Shown here: positions 1 to 9,185 of the stretch, piece by piece
How positions within the stretch are numbered: position 1 is the first letter of the stretch
Layout of the letters: each line of letters opens with the position of its first letter
Origin: Promethearchaeota archaeon
Lineage (GTDB): Archaea; Asgardarchaeota; Lokiarchaeia; Sigyniarchaeales; SOKP01
Direction of reading: 5' to 3'
DNA: 50,555 nt
Assembly: GCA_008080735.1 (NCBI GenBank)
Contig: SHMW01000023.1
Coordinates: 1 to 50,555, forward strand
Program-made: the position numbers and the translations under genes
Notes under the pieces: model-generated
What the model was told of the DNA's origin: nothing
Seen by the model: only the letters and a program-made list of their open reading frames with translations
Databases searched by the model: none

Positions 1-592
1 AACCCATATCCGTGGCAAATTGATGGATCTGTAAGTGCGGATCCATGCCTTCCATTCCTTTATATCCTTCAGGATAGAGGTCATAAAAGATCTTGAGGGC
101 GAGTTTGTTGTTATACCAATTTCGGTATAGCGATAATTCGGTTGCAAATTGCTTGCTCGGATCTTTGACTTCGGGGAATTGGATGGTCACGGGTGGGTCT
201 TCCTTGTTGTTGGTCTGATCTCCTCTAAACAAGGCGTTCACGTCCGCGCCGTCGATATCGCCCGATTTCTTGAGTGAGTTCGCGAGGTTGTTCGCAAACA
301 TGTTCTGCGCGGAATATTTGGTATTTTTGGGCGATGCGTCCGGATCGATGCGTGTGATAGCAGACTCGATGGCATTGATCCGTTTATTCCTCCGAGAGGC
401 ATGGACTTCGGCCTTGGCTTTAGTAAATGCTCTGACGCCGAGTTCTCCCACGCTCTCTCCTAACGAGTGGGTGGTGCCCAGTGAGAGGAGGGTGCCGATG
501 CCCGCAAAACTGAACCCCGTCAAACACATGGTAATTGACGAACCGAGTGTCAGCATCGTGCCGAGGAAACAATTATGAAGAACTCTATGCAT
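1..592 (-). CDS. Partial hypothetical protein running off the left edge; 5' end probably truncated
   Basis: Own translation: stop-free frame from ATG at 592 (alternatives 556, 529) to the edge: ...MLTLGSSITMCLTGFSFAGIGTLLSLG...FATELSLYRNWYNNKLALKIFYDLYPEGYKGMEGMDPHLQIHQFATDMG. Absent from the ORF track, probably because there is no stop in the window. Confidence 0.65.
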   Translation of the reverse strand, partial: MHRVLHNCFLGTMLTLGSSITMCLTGFSFAGIGTLLSLGTTHSLGESVGELGVRAFTKAKAEVHASRRNKRINAIESAITRIDPDASPKNTKYSAQNMFANNLANSLKKSGDIDGADVNALFRGDQTNNKEDPPVTIQFPEVKDPSKQFATELSLYRNWYNNKLALKIFYDLYPEGYKGMEGMDPHLQIHQFATDMG

Positions 593-742
593 ATTTCCCA
601 AGAGCAACAACAACGATTAAAGCGAGAGGCAGAAGAGATTCTCGATATGGTGGAGGGATTCGGGCTGTTATGCCAAGAACCTCACGAATCGGACAAAAAA
701 GCCTTTATTTCCAACTATATCGAATACCGCCTCGCCCAATAG
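575..742 (+). CDS. Small hypothetical protein (55 aa) or 3' gene remnant
   Basis: MKNSMHISQEQQQRLKREAEEILDMVEGFGLLCQEPHESDKKAFISNYIEYRLAQ*; protein-like composition, followed by a T-rich tract at about 748-765. Confidence 0.45.
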   Translation: MKNSMHISQEQQQRLKREAEEILDMVEGFGLLCQEPHESDKKAFISNYIEYRLAQ

Positions 743-858
743 TAGAAATTTTTATTTTTTTATTTATATATCACAAAATCGTAACTCCCATTACTCATAA
801 ATAGCTATATTCATTTATTTCCGTACCAAAATTTTACAAAAACACGGGTAGAAAAGTT

Positions 859-2820
859 ATGGCAAAAAAACTGAAAAACCTATTCAAAAACATTTCAGAT
901 AATTCTAATCCTAATTCAAATTCCATACACCTTACAGATCCCGAAGTGCAAGAACGCATTACGAAACTTGAAAACCTCATCCGACACCACCGCGATTTAT
1001 ACTATAACAAGACACCCGAGATCAGCGACGCCAAATACGACCAACTCGAAGACGAGTTAAGGGAGTTGGACCCGACCAACCCGCTCCTATTCAAAGTAGG
1101 GCAAGACAGCAACCCGTTGTTTACCAAGACCGCACATATTATGCCGATGATGAGTCAAGACAAAGCCTCTACGCCCGAAGAGTTTGAAAAATGGGCAAAA
1201 AAGCGATACTATAACCAGTTTATCATCCAATACAAGCTCGACGGGATTTCAATCGAACTCCAATATAAGAGCGGTATCTTCCAGAAAGCGGTCAGCAGAG
1301 GAGACGGGAAAGTTGGGGATGATGTAACGGAGAATATCCTCAATGCGAAAGGCTTAGTCAAACACCTTCCCGACCGATTCACGGGAGCGGTCCGAGCGGA
1401 AGTCCTCCTCTTCCGGGACACTTTCGAGCAAAAATATTCAGACAATATGAACCCTCGCAACGCCGCCGCGGGTATTATCAGAAGGAAAGACCACAAAGGT
1501 AGCGACGACCTCAATCTCATTGTCTATGACGCGTGGGCTTCGGATAGTCAGATCACCTTTCACGACGAGATCCACAAGATTAAGTGGTTAGGGCAGCAAG
1601 GATTTGAGGTAGTCAAGACCAAAACCGTGCATACAATCCAAGAAGTCATCGAGACCCGCCAGGAGATCATCGACTCAATCCGCGATTCACTGAACTACGA
1701 GATCGACGGGTTAGTCATCAAAGGCAGAGAGATCGATAGAGAAGATATGAAACGGGCTAAGCCGGAATCCCAGATCGCATTTAAATTCCCCGCCGAGATG
1801 ATAGACTCCACACTAATCGACGTGGAATGGAGCGTCAGCGGAGCCAATTATACCCCCGTCGCAATAATCAAGCCCGTAGAGATCATGGGAAGCACCGTCC
1901 AACGAGCAAGTTTAGCAAACCCCGACATTATGAACGATCTCAAGGTCAAGATCGGCTCCAAAGTGATGGTATCTAAACGAGGAGACATCATCCCCAAGAT
2001 CGAATATGTAATCTCAACGCCCGAAGACGCAGAAGAGATTGTGATCCCAGCCCGATGCCAGGCCTGCGACTCCGAGCTAATCAACGAGGGGAGCCGCCTC
2101 TATTGTCCGAACGAGGACTGTCCCAACGTTAAATATCGGAGGATCGTTAAATGGATCAAAAAGAACGACATCAAACATTTTTCCGAGAAACTTATCCTCA
2201 GACCTCTGTTTGAAACTCAAAAGATTCATACGATTGCCGACCTCTATACCCTCAAAGTGTCCGACCTCACGAAACTGGAAGGGGTCCAAGAAAAGTCCGC
2301 CAAAAAAGCTCTGGACAACCTATTCGCGGTCACGGAGATCCCCTTAGAACGATTTATTGCGGGCTTCGAGATCGAGGGCTTGGGAGAGCGGATGGTCAAA
2401 AAAGCCGTGAAGGCGGGATACGACACATTAGAAGGCATCAAAAACGCTTCGGTAGGCGAGTTGTCGCAGATCGACGGATATGCCGAGATCACCGCAGAAG
2501 CCCTACAGCAAGGAGTAGAGAAATTATATCCCGAAATGGAACGACTCTTAGAGACCGGAAAGGTCACCATCGCCGCACCCGTCACCGAAGGCAGGCTCAA
2601 GGGACTCACTTTTTGTTTCACGGGCAAGCTCAATACGATGTCCAGAAAAGAAGCACAGGGGTTAGTAGAAAAACACGGAGGGGAGGCAAAAAGCAGCGTG
2701 ACCAAGAACCTCAGCTATTTAGTGACGAATTCAACAGAGCAAACCACCAAATACAAAAAGGCTCAAGCCCAAGGCACCGCCATCATCACCGAAGACCAAT
2801 TTTTAGCAATGCTCGAGTAA
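859..2820 (+). CDS. ligA: NAD+-dependent DNA ligase
   Basis: YYN...ISDAKYD domain Ia, KLDG adenylation motif, SRGDG, NPRNAAAG, EIDGLVIK, RGDIIP, Zn finger CQAC...CPNEDC, HhH repeats, C-terminal BRCT (FCFTGKL...GG). Confidence 0.97.
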   Translation: MAKKLKNLFKNISDNSNPNSNSIHLTDPEVQERITKLENLIRHHRDLYYNKTPEISDAKYDQLEDELRELDPTNPLLFKVGQDSNPLFTKTAHIMPMMSQDKASTPEEFEKWAKKRYYNQFIIQYKLDGISIELQYKSGIFQKAVSRGDGKVGDDVTENILNAKGLVKHLPDRFTGAVRAEVLLFRDTFEQKYSDNMNPRNAAAGIIRRKDHKGSDDLNLIVYDAWASDSQITFHDEIHKIKWLGQQGFEVVKTKTVHTIQEVIETRQEIIDSIRDSLNYEIDGLVIKGREIDREDMKRAKPESQIAFKFPAEMIDSTLIDVEWSVSGANYTPVAIIKPVEIMGSTVQRASLANPDIMNDLKVKIGSKVMVSKRGDIIPKIEYVISTPEDAEEIVIPARCQACDSELINEGSRLYCPNEDCPNVKYRRIVKWIKKNDIKHFSEKLILRPLFETQKIHTIADLYTLKVSDLTKLEGVQEKSAKKALDNLFAVTEIPLERFIAGFEIEGLGERMVKKAVKAGYDTLEGIKNASVGELSQIDGYAEITAEALQQGVEKLYPEMERLLETGKVTIAAPVTEGRLKGLTFCFTGKLNTMSRKEAQGLVEKHGGEAKSSVTKNLSYLVTNSTEQTTKYKKAQAQGTAIITEDQFLAMLE

Positions 2821-2890
2821 TATCCTTTCTATTTTTTTTTAATTATTCTTTTCTTATTTGATTTTTTCGTTTTTACTTATTTTTTTACTA
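2821..2890 (+). terminator. Oligo-T tracts, archaeal-type terminator
   Basis: Several T runs immediately after the ligA stop. Confidence 0.5.
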
Positions 2891-2974
2891 TTTCCGAACT
2901 CCATCAATACTTAAATATCCCCTACTCCTAATATTTCCTATCCACAATTACAACTACGGAGGGAAAAAATCAAA

Positions 2975-3133
2975 ATGGGAAATATCGAAGGCAAGAAATT
3001 CTGTTTTACGGGCAAGCTCGAGTCAATGACCAGAAAGGAGGCGCACGAGTTGGTCGAGCAGAAGGGCGGAGTCCCCAAGACCAGCATCGTAAAGGACTTG
3101 GACTACTTGGTCAGCCACGCCGAAGTAATATAG
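2975..3133 (+). pseudogene. Truncated stand-alone BRCT-domain gene (52 aa)
   Basis: GGAGG upstream; MGNIEGKKFCFTGKLESMTRKEAHELVEQKGGVPKTSIVKDLDYLVSHAEVI* aligns with the LigA BRCT (FCFTGKLNTMSRKEAQGLVEKHGG..SVTKNLSYLV) but lacks the last helix; ends where GC content drops. Confidence 0.8.
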
Positions 3134-3179
3134 TGTTCATTTTAAGAAATATTTTAACAAAACAAGTGAATAATTCTAG

Positions 3180-4361
3180 GTGATGGTTAAGGTGCGAAAA
3201 TTTTCTTTTTCCTATGGTTTTATAGGAGATGATTTAGGATTAAAAGAGAAAATTAGATTTAGTCTTTCCACGGAGGGAATGATAAATAATCTGGAATTTG
3301 ATGATTGCAAGGACCTAAAAATTAATTACAACCATCTCAACCACAATAAGATCATTTTACCCGGTCTAATAAACTCTCATGTCCATATCGGTGATAGTTT
3401 TGTAAAGGAAGCGGGATATAATAAAGGATTGATCGAAACCGTTGCACCTCCAGATGGGATAAAACATATACAATTAAAGCAAGGTAGGAGAAAGCAGAAG
3501 CTAAAAGGAATAAAAGAAGCGGCACGGGAAATGATTTCGAATGGGATCACTTGTTTTATTGACTTCCGGGAAAATAGCGTAGAAGGCATCAATTTACTAA
3601 AGAAAGCGCTAAATGAACAGCCGATAAAGTGTTTAATATTAGGTAGATTTACTCAAGCTGGTGAAATTAAAGAGATATTTAGAAATGCTGAAGGGATTGG
3701 TTTATCAAGTTATAGCAAAGTGGATAAAGAAATCTCAGCAATTATGGCGAGATATAAAAAAAAATATGACAAACTAGTGAGTTGCCATCATGCAGAATTA
3801 ATTCGAAAGCCAGAGCAATTTGAAAAACTAATTGAGGATGGTATAATTGATATTATCGTTCATGGAACACAATTGAATGCGACCGATCTGTATAAAATGC
3901 AACAATCGAATATAAAATTAATATTATGTCCTCGATGTAATGGCTATTTTGGAGTTGGATTCCCACCCATAGTAGAAGTTATAGACCAAAACATCCCAAT
4001 ATCCATTGGAACCGATAATATAATGGCAAATGCACCAAACCTGTTTGAGGAAATAAGATATCTTTACTTACTTTATAGAGTTCTGAATAATAGAACAAAT
4101 TCAAATTTCAGATTAGATGCGAAAAAACTATTGCAAATGATAACTATTAATGCTGCACAAAACTTTAATTTAGAAAATGAAATTGGATCCATTATGGAAG
4201 GAAAGCAAGCAGATTTTATTGTGATTGATTTGAATTCTTCAAATTATTATACCAATATTCTAGACCAAGATAATATCTATCCATTAATTGTTCAAAGAAC
4301 TACTCCAGAAAATATTAAAGAAGTTTATATTAAAGGTGAGAAGGTTTTTGAAAGATTATGA
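3180..4361 (+). CDS. Metal-dependent amidohydrolase, nucleobase/nucleoside deaminase-like
   Basis: PGLINSHVH (HxH), CHHAE (HxxE), IVHG, IGTDN, IGSI.EGKQADF. Confidence 0.88.
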   Translation: MMVKVRKFSFSYGFIGDDLGLKEKIRFSLSTEGMINNLEFDDCKDLKINYNHLNHNKIILPGLINSHVHIGDSFVKEAGYNKGLIETVAPPDGIKHIQLKQGRRKQKLKGIKEAAREMISNGITCFIDFRENSVEGINLLKKALNEQPIKCLILGRFTQAGEIKEIFRNAEGIGLSSYSKVDKEISAIMARYKKKYDKLVSCHHAELIRKPEQFEKLIEDGIIDIIVHGTQLNATDLYKMQQSNIKLILCPRCNGYFGVGFPPIVEVIDQNIPISIGTDNIMANAPNLFEEIRYLYLLYRVLNNRTNSNFRLDAKKLLQMITINAAQNFNLENEIGSIMEGKQADFIVIDLNSSNYYTNILDQDNIYPLIVQRTTPENIKEVYIKGEKVFERL

Positions 4362-5019
4362 AAAACCATATATCATTTTAAGCGCAGCAATGACTATTGA
4401 TGGGAGAATTGCTTCTAAGACAGGGGATCCCGAGCTTTCAGATGAGGAGGATTGGAAAGAAGTCCACAAACTAAGGACGGAAGTAGACGCGATTATGGTG
4501 GGAAAGGGAACCATTCTAAACGATAATCCAAAATTACATATTAAGTACTACGACCATAACGGATATTATCGAATTGTATTAGACAGCGATTTGAGCATTC
4601 CACTCCATTCAAAAGTATTTAATTACCAACCAGAACTCTATCCAACCCTCATTTGTACGACTAACCATATTCCCGAAGAAAAAGTTAGAAAATTTGAATC
4701 AAAAGAAAATGTAGAGGTCATAAAATGTGGTGAATCTGAAAAGGTGGATATATTGAAATTGATGCCTATCCTAAAGCAAAAAGGAATAAAAAAGATTCTC
4801 TTAGAAGGAGGAGGGACACTTAATTGGAGTTTTATCAAGAATAACCTAATTGATGAGTTGCGATTGACTATTGCTCCTTGGATTGTGGGAGGTAAGGATG
4901 CTATCAGTCTTGTCGAAGGTGTAGGTTTTAGTAAGATGGATGAAGCTCCAAGGTTTATGTTAGTCAATATTAAACATAGAAATAATTATGTAATTCTAGA
5001 ATACACAGCAATAAATTAA
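4348..5019 (+). CDS. arfC: 2,5-diamino-6-ribosylamino-4(3H)-pyrimidinone 5'-phosphate reductase (stand-alone RibD C-domain; ArfC/Rib7 type)
   Basis: KPYIILSAAMTIDGRIA, DAIMVGKGTIL.DNP.L, LLEGGGTLN, IAPWIVGG; no deaminase domain. Start reassigned to TTG 4348 (AGGTGA upstream), overlapping the previous gene. Confidence 0.9.
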   Translation: MKDYEKPYIILSAAMTIDGRIASKTGDPELSDEEDWKEVHKLRTEVDAIMVGKGTILNDNPKLHIKYYDHNGYYRIVLDSDLSIPLHSKVFNYQPELYPTLICTTNHIPEEKVRKFESKENVEVIKCGESEKVDILKLMPILKQKGIKKILLEGGGTLNWSFIKNNLIDELRLTIAPWIVGGKDAISLVEGVGFSKMDEAPRFMLVNIKHRNNYVILEYTAIN

Positions 5020-6143
5020 TGCGAAAAACCTTGAGAATTAAAGACTTATTAGTATTATCACTTACTCAGATACAAGATCGCGTGTTAAAGATTAGATCAG
5101 AGTTGAAAACGAAACAAAGACATATTATTACGTTCTCGAGAAACTATACACTCTCCTTATCGAATTATTGTCAAAATCAGTGTGGATATTGTTATTATAA
5201 TTATCTGATTCCTAAAAATTCAGGGGAGAAAAACACAATCCTATTATCTGAAAAGGAAATTGAGGGTAAGACTGAGATTGCCTTAAAATATGGGTGTACG
5301 GAAGCTCTGATCATGTCAGGCGAAAAACCAGACACCTTCCCGATGGTGCGGGAGCGTCTAAAGGAATATGGATTCAGAGAGTATATCGAATATGTACAAT
5401 ATATCTGTAAATTTTTATTAAAACAAAATATTCTTCCGCATGTAAACATTGGACTTTTGGATTTTCAAGAGATGAGATCTCTAAAAAATGACGTAGCAAG
5501 TATGGGTTTAATGCTCGAAAGTACTGATGAGGCTTTATGTAAAGAGGGAGCTGTTCATGAAGATTCACCTGGAAAAATACCGAGTTCAAGAATTGAACAT
5601 ATAGAGAGAGCGGGTGAACTTAAAATACCCTTTACCACCGGATTATTGTTGGGAATAGGAGAAACCATGGAAGACAGAATAAATGACCTATTCTTGATAA
5701 AAGAATTAAACAAAAAATATGGTCATATTCAAGAAGTTATCATTCAAAATTTTGTGAAAAAACCCTATATTTCTTATCAGCCGTCGAAAATTATCTCAAT
5801 TAAAGAGATGCTAAGGGTAGTGGGAATAGCTAAGATAATTTTTGAAAATGAGATTGCTTTGCAAGTACCTCCAAATTTAATTTCTGGATATGAAAAGGAC
5901 TTCTTACGAACAGGAATCGATGATTTTGGGGGGATAAGCCCCTTTACGATCGATTATATCAACCCAGAAGAAAGGTGGCCTCAAATCTCACAGTTAGCCA
6001 AAGTATGTAAAAAAAATGGATTTAATTTACAAGAGAGATTACCTATTTATGAGAAATTTATAGATAATGAGTCTTTCTGTCCCAATAATATACAAAAAAT
6101 CGTAAAATATAATAAAGAAAATGTTATTAAACAAAATCCTTGA
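5019..6143 (+). CDS. cofG: FO synthase subunit CofG (radical SAM)
   Basis: ITFSRN, CQNQCGYC, PHVNIG, SMGLMLES, IPFTTGLLLGIGE, HIQEVIIQNF, QVPPNL, DDFGGISP.T.DYINPE..WP. Confidence 0.93.
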   Translation: MRKTLRIKDLLVLSLTQIQDRVLKIRSELKTKQRHIITFSRNYTLSLSNYCQNQCGYCYYNYLIPKNSGEKNTILLSEKEIEGKTEIALKYGCTEALIMSGEKPDTFPMVRERLKEYGFREYIEYVQYICKFLLKQNILPHVNIGLLDFQEMRSLKNDVASMGLMLESTDEALCKEGAVHEDSPGKIPSSRIEHIERAGELKIPFTTGLLLGIGETMEDRINDLFLIKELNKKYGHIQEVIIQNFVKKPYISYQPSKIISIKEMLRVVGIAKIIFENEIALQVPPNLISGYEKDFLRTGIDDFGGISPFTIDYINPEERWPQISQLAKVCKKNGFNLQERLPIYEKFIDNESFCPNNIQKIVKYNKENVIKQNP

Positions 6144-7251
6144 TGATATAAAACCAGATATTAAGATTATCCTCGAGAAAAGCCTCAATAATATAGAAAT
6201 TAGTATACCAGAAGCGGTCCAACTATTAAAAATTACGGGAAAAGAGTTTTTAGCCCTACAAGCAACTGCAAACCAAATATGTTTTGAAAAGAAAGATAAT
6301 GTGGTTACGTTCGTTATAAATAGGAATATTAATTTCACCAATATTTGCCATCAGAATTGTAAATTCTGTTCTTTTAGTGTCCCGCAAAATGATTCTGAGG
6401 CATTTCTGCTATCAATTGATGAGATAGAAAAAAAAGTTCTTGAGGCGAATAAATTTGATATCTCAGAAGTATGTATCCAAGGAGGAATCAATCCCGAGCT
6501 CACGTTTGACTATTATTTGGATATTCTTAGAAAAGTGAAAGAAATTAATTCAGAAATTCATATTCACGCATTTTCTCCTCAAGAAGTCTATTATATGGCT
6601 AAATTATGTGATAAATCAATTAAAGAAACCCTCAAAGAACTTAAAAAAGCGGGATTAGATTCGATGCCGGGGACTGCCGCCGAAATCCTCGTGGATGATG
6701 TCAGAAAGATTATTTGTCCGAATAAGATTTCAACGAAACAATGGATCGAGATTATTAAAACAGCTCATATTATTGGTATACCAACCACATCAACGATGAT
6801 GTATGGACATATCGAATCATTAGAAGATCGAATTGAACATTTGAACATCTTACGAGATATCCAAAAAGATACACAAGGGTTTACGGAATTCGTACCGCTT
6901 CCGTTCGTGAAGAACAAACCCATATTATCACAACTGCCTGAAAGACCCCTTAAACCGAGTTATGGTATGGCAGATCTCAAATTATTTGCGGTGGCACGCC
7001 TTTTTTTGAACAATTTAATTGAAAATATTCAGTGTTCTTGGGTTAAATTAGGACCAAAATTTGCTCAAGTTTCTCTTAATTATGGTGTGAATGATTTTTC
7101 AGGCACATTGTTAGAGGAAAACATTTCGAAAAGTGCTGGGGCAGAATTTGGAGAATATTTATCTTCTGATGAGATAATTTCAATAATTAAAGAAGCAGGA
7201 AAGAAACCAGCTCAAAGAAATACTACTTATGAAATTCTTAAATATTATTAA
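6121..7251 (+). CDS. cofH: FO synthase subunit CofH (radical SAM)
   Basis: VTFVINRNINFTNIC...CKFCSF, HIHAFSPQE, SMPGTAAEIL, TSTMMYGHIE, FTEFVPLPF, IQCSWVKLG; adjacent to cofG. Confidence 0.92.
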   Translation: MLLNKILDDIKPDIKIILEKSLNNIEISIPEAVQLLKITGKEFLALQATANQICFEKKDNVVTFVINRNINFTNICHQNCKFCSFSVPQNDSEAFLLSIDEIEKKVLEANKFDISEVCIQGGINPELTFDYYLDILRKVKEINSEIHIHAFSPQEVYYMAKLCDKSIKETLKELKKAGLDSMPGTAAEILVDDVRKIICPNKISTKQWIEIIKTAHIIGIPTTSTMMYGHIESLEDRIEHLNILRDIQKDTQGFTEFVPLPFVKNKPILSQLPERPLKPSYGMADLKLFAVARLFLNNLIENIQCSWVKLGPKFAQVSLNYGVNDFSGTLLEENISKSAGAEFGEYLSSDEIISIIKEAGKKPAQRNTTYEILKYY

Positions 7252-7289
7252 GGATTTTGTTTAGTAATTCTTAAAAATAACCGAATAAG

Positions 7290-7592
7290 GTGTTGATAAT
7301 TACAATAACAATTATCGCCTCAGTCCAAGTAAAGGAAGGTAAGATGGAAGAGGCAAAAGAAGTTTTAAAAGAACTAGTTCCAAAAATTAAACAATCTGAA
7401 CAAGGAACTCTCGAATATATTCCGCATACAGTAAAAGGACGAAAAGAAAAAAATACGATCGTTTTCTATGAAAAGTACAAAGATAGCGAAGCTTTACGGG
7501 TACATAGCGGGAATTTGGCAAAGTCATTAGCTCCTCTTATGCCCTTGTTAGAACCTGGAATGGATATGAAGACATGTTTCGAAATCGTCTGA
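7290..7592 (+). CDS. Antibiotic biosynthesis monooxygenase (ABM)-like protein
   Basis: ITIIASVQVKEGK...EQGTLEY..H...IVFYEKYKDSEAL..H pattern. Confidence 0.8.
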   Translation: MLIITITIIASVQVKEGKMEEAKEVLKELVPKIKQSEQGTLEYIPHTVKGRKEKNTIVFYEKYKDSEALRVHSGNLAKSLAPLMPLLEPGMDMKTCFEIV

Positions 7593-7604
7593 AAATAAAG
7601 CCAA

Positions 7605-9185
7605 TTATTCATCTTGAATATATGGTTTTGCAAATTTAAGGCACATTTCAGCCTTTTTTAACTCTCTTCCGAGATAATTAATATGAGTCAGATTCGTGGT
7701 TAATTTCAATTCAATTATTTTTTTCGATAAAAATTCGGCCTTCTGTCCGCTAAAACCATTCAAGAATTGATTTTTATTAGAATAAAATAAAACAAAAATT
7801 CTCTTTTTATAATGATCTACGTAGATTTTGAAATATCCTGCCTCATCTGCTCTATAATGAGTGTTTGGCCCTTTCACGTCCACAATATTCTCAATTGGTA
7901 AATCTGGAATTTCTTGAGAAGTCTTACCTTTTGCTTTGAAAACTTGCATTCCAATATTAATTGGTGGGGTATTTTTGTGTTTTGCAAGATAATTGAGCAT
8001 CATTGATTTTTTAAGTTCTTTCACACCTCCGAACATTTTTGTGCTATGCTCCACAGTGAATAAGATACCCATATCCAATTCAGCTGCGATACTTGCCAAT
8101 AAACCATTTATCCCTACTGAATCAACATCCATCAATTCCACCACGTTGGAGATTCCAAAAAACATGGGTAATTTTAATTCTTTATATTGTTTTTTCGAGC
8201 TAATTTGGGTATATAAATAATAAGCTTGAAGAGAATTGATAATTCCAGGAGAAATTGGCGTTTCGAGTAATGGGTCAGCGATTAATTTAGTAAATCCATG
8301 TGACTGTAATTTATCTGTTAAATCAAAAAGATTTTGTACTCGTGTCTGTGGATCTCTGGGAAAATATCCTTTGTTAATATTAGTGGGAAGGATCACAATC
8401 GGGATATCTCTAGGAATATCTAAAAAGGTTTCATAATTCCCTATGTCAAAACTTAGGATCATATCAATCCCTTCATCCACCGCGGCTAAAATTTCATCAC
8501 TATCCATAGAATCGATACTGATGAGTATGTTAAAATGATTATGAATCAATTTGATGATTTCTCGAACGCGATCTTGATTAGGTGCGTTTGCAATGCAACC
8601 AATATCTATTATATCTGCTCCAGATTCGATATAATGCGTTGTTTTTTTTAAGATAGACTCGTTGGATTTCTTCGGACAATTAACAATTTCAGCAATGATT
8701 GGAGGGGGCAATTCCTTTCCAATCATAACATCACTCTTGTCTTGATTTATAAAAAAAGTTTGAGTAGATATGTTATACATGGCTTTCTCGAGCATTTCTT
8801 TAAAGAGAGTTTTATGTTGTTCCGTTCCTGATGATTCAAATAATTGATTCGCGGGAATATTTGTTGAAAGATCAATGACTTCTAAGTTTTTTAAAATCAT
8901 CGGTAAATCCGAGGCAAATTCTGGACCTTTTCGAATAGGAATATTGAATTTTTCTTCTAATTCGGATGAATCCCACTGCACAAAACCGGGAAGGAGAATT
9001 AGGTCATAACCAGAGAGATTACGAGTGTTTATAGAATCCTTAACCATTTGAGGAGTGATAAATGCGGATATAGACACGGGCACTTTTACTATCTCAATTT
9101 GATGGGTTTGAATATTTTGAATAACCCCTTTTAGAATGGAATAACTCTGCGTTCCCGTTAGAATTAAGATTTTAATGCATATCAC
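7605..9185 (-). CDS. Dihydropteroate synthase-like pterin-binding protein (MJ0107/Orf20-like) with DUF4346-like C-terminus
   Basis: SAFITP..YDLILLPG..KGP N-domain; IIAEI, GADIIDIG, ISIDS, LIADPLL, FFGISNVVELMDVDSVGINGLLA; C-terminal D.AGYFKI...HINYLGRELKKAE.CL...YIQD. Confidence 0.85.
   Translation of the reverse strand: MICIKILILTGTQSYSILKGVIQNIQTHQIEIVKVPVSISAFITPQMVKDSINTRNLSGYDLILLPGFVQWDSSELEEKFNIPIRKGPEFASDLPMILKNLEVIDLSTNIPANQLFESSGTEQHKTLFKEMLEKAMYNISTQTFFINQDKSDVMIGKELPPPIIAEIVNCPKKSNESILKKTTHYIESGADIIDIGCIANAPNQDRVREIIKLIHNHFNILISIDSMDSDEILAAVDEGIDMILSFDIGNYETFLDIPRDIPIVILPTNINKGYFPRDPQTRVQNLFDLTDKLQSHGFTKLIADPLLETPISPGIINSLQAYYLYTQISSKKQYKELKLPMFFGISNVVELMDVDSVGINGLLASIAAELDMGILFTVEHSTKMFGGVKELKKSMMLNYLAKHKNTPPINIGMQVFKAKGKTSQEIPDLPIENIVDVKGPNTHYRADEAGYFKIYVDHYKKRIFVLFYSNKNQFLNGFSGQKAEFLSKKIIELKLTTNLTHINYLGRELKKAEMCLKFAKPYIQDE

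Noticed and set aside
536-538. In-frame TGA upstream of the 575-742 ORF (and TGA near 50485) as selenocysteine
   Set aside because: No redox-motif context or recognisable selenoprotein family and no SECIS identified; the right-edge case sits among other disruptions.
270-804. Track ORFs 270-578 and 535-804 on the plus strand
   Set aside because: The first is the antisense shadow of the long minus-strand frame; the second is an off-frame overlap of the 575-742 ORF running into a T-rich tract.
6121-7251. MqnC/MqnE of the futalosine pathway
   Set aside because: Same family, but overlap with a clear cofG supports CofH.
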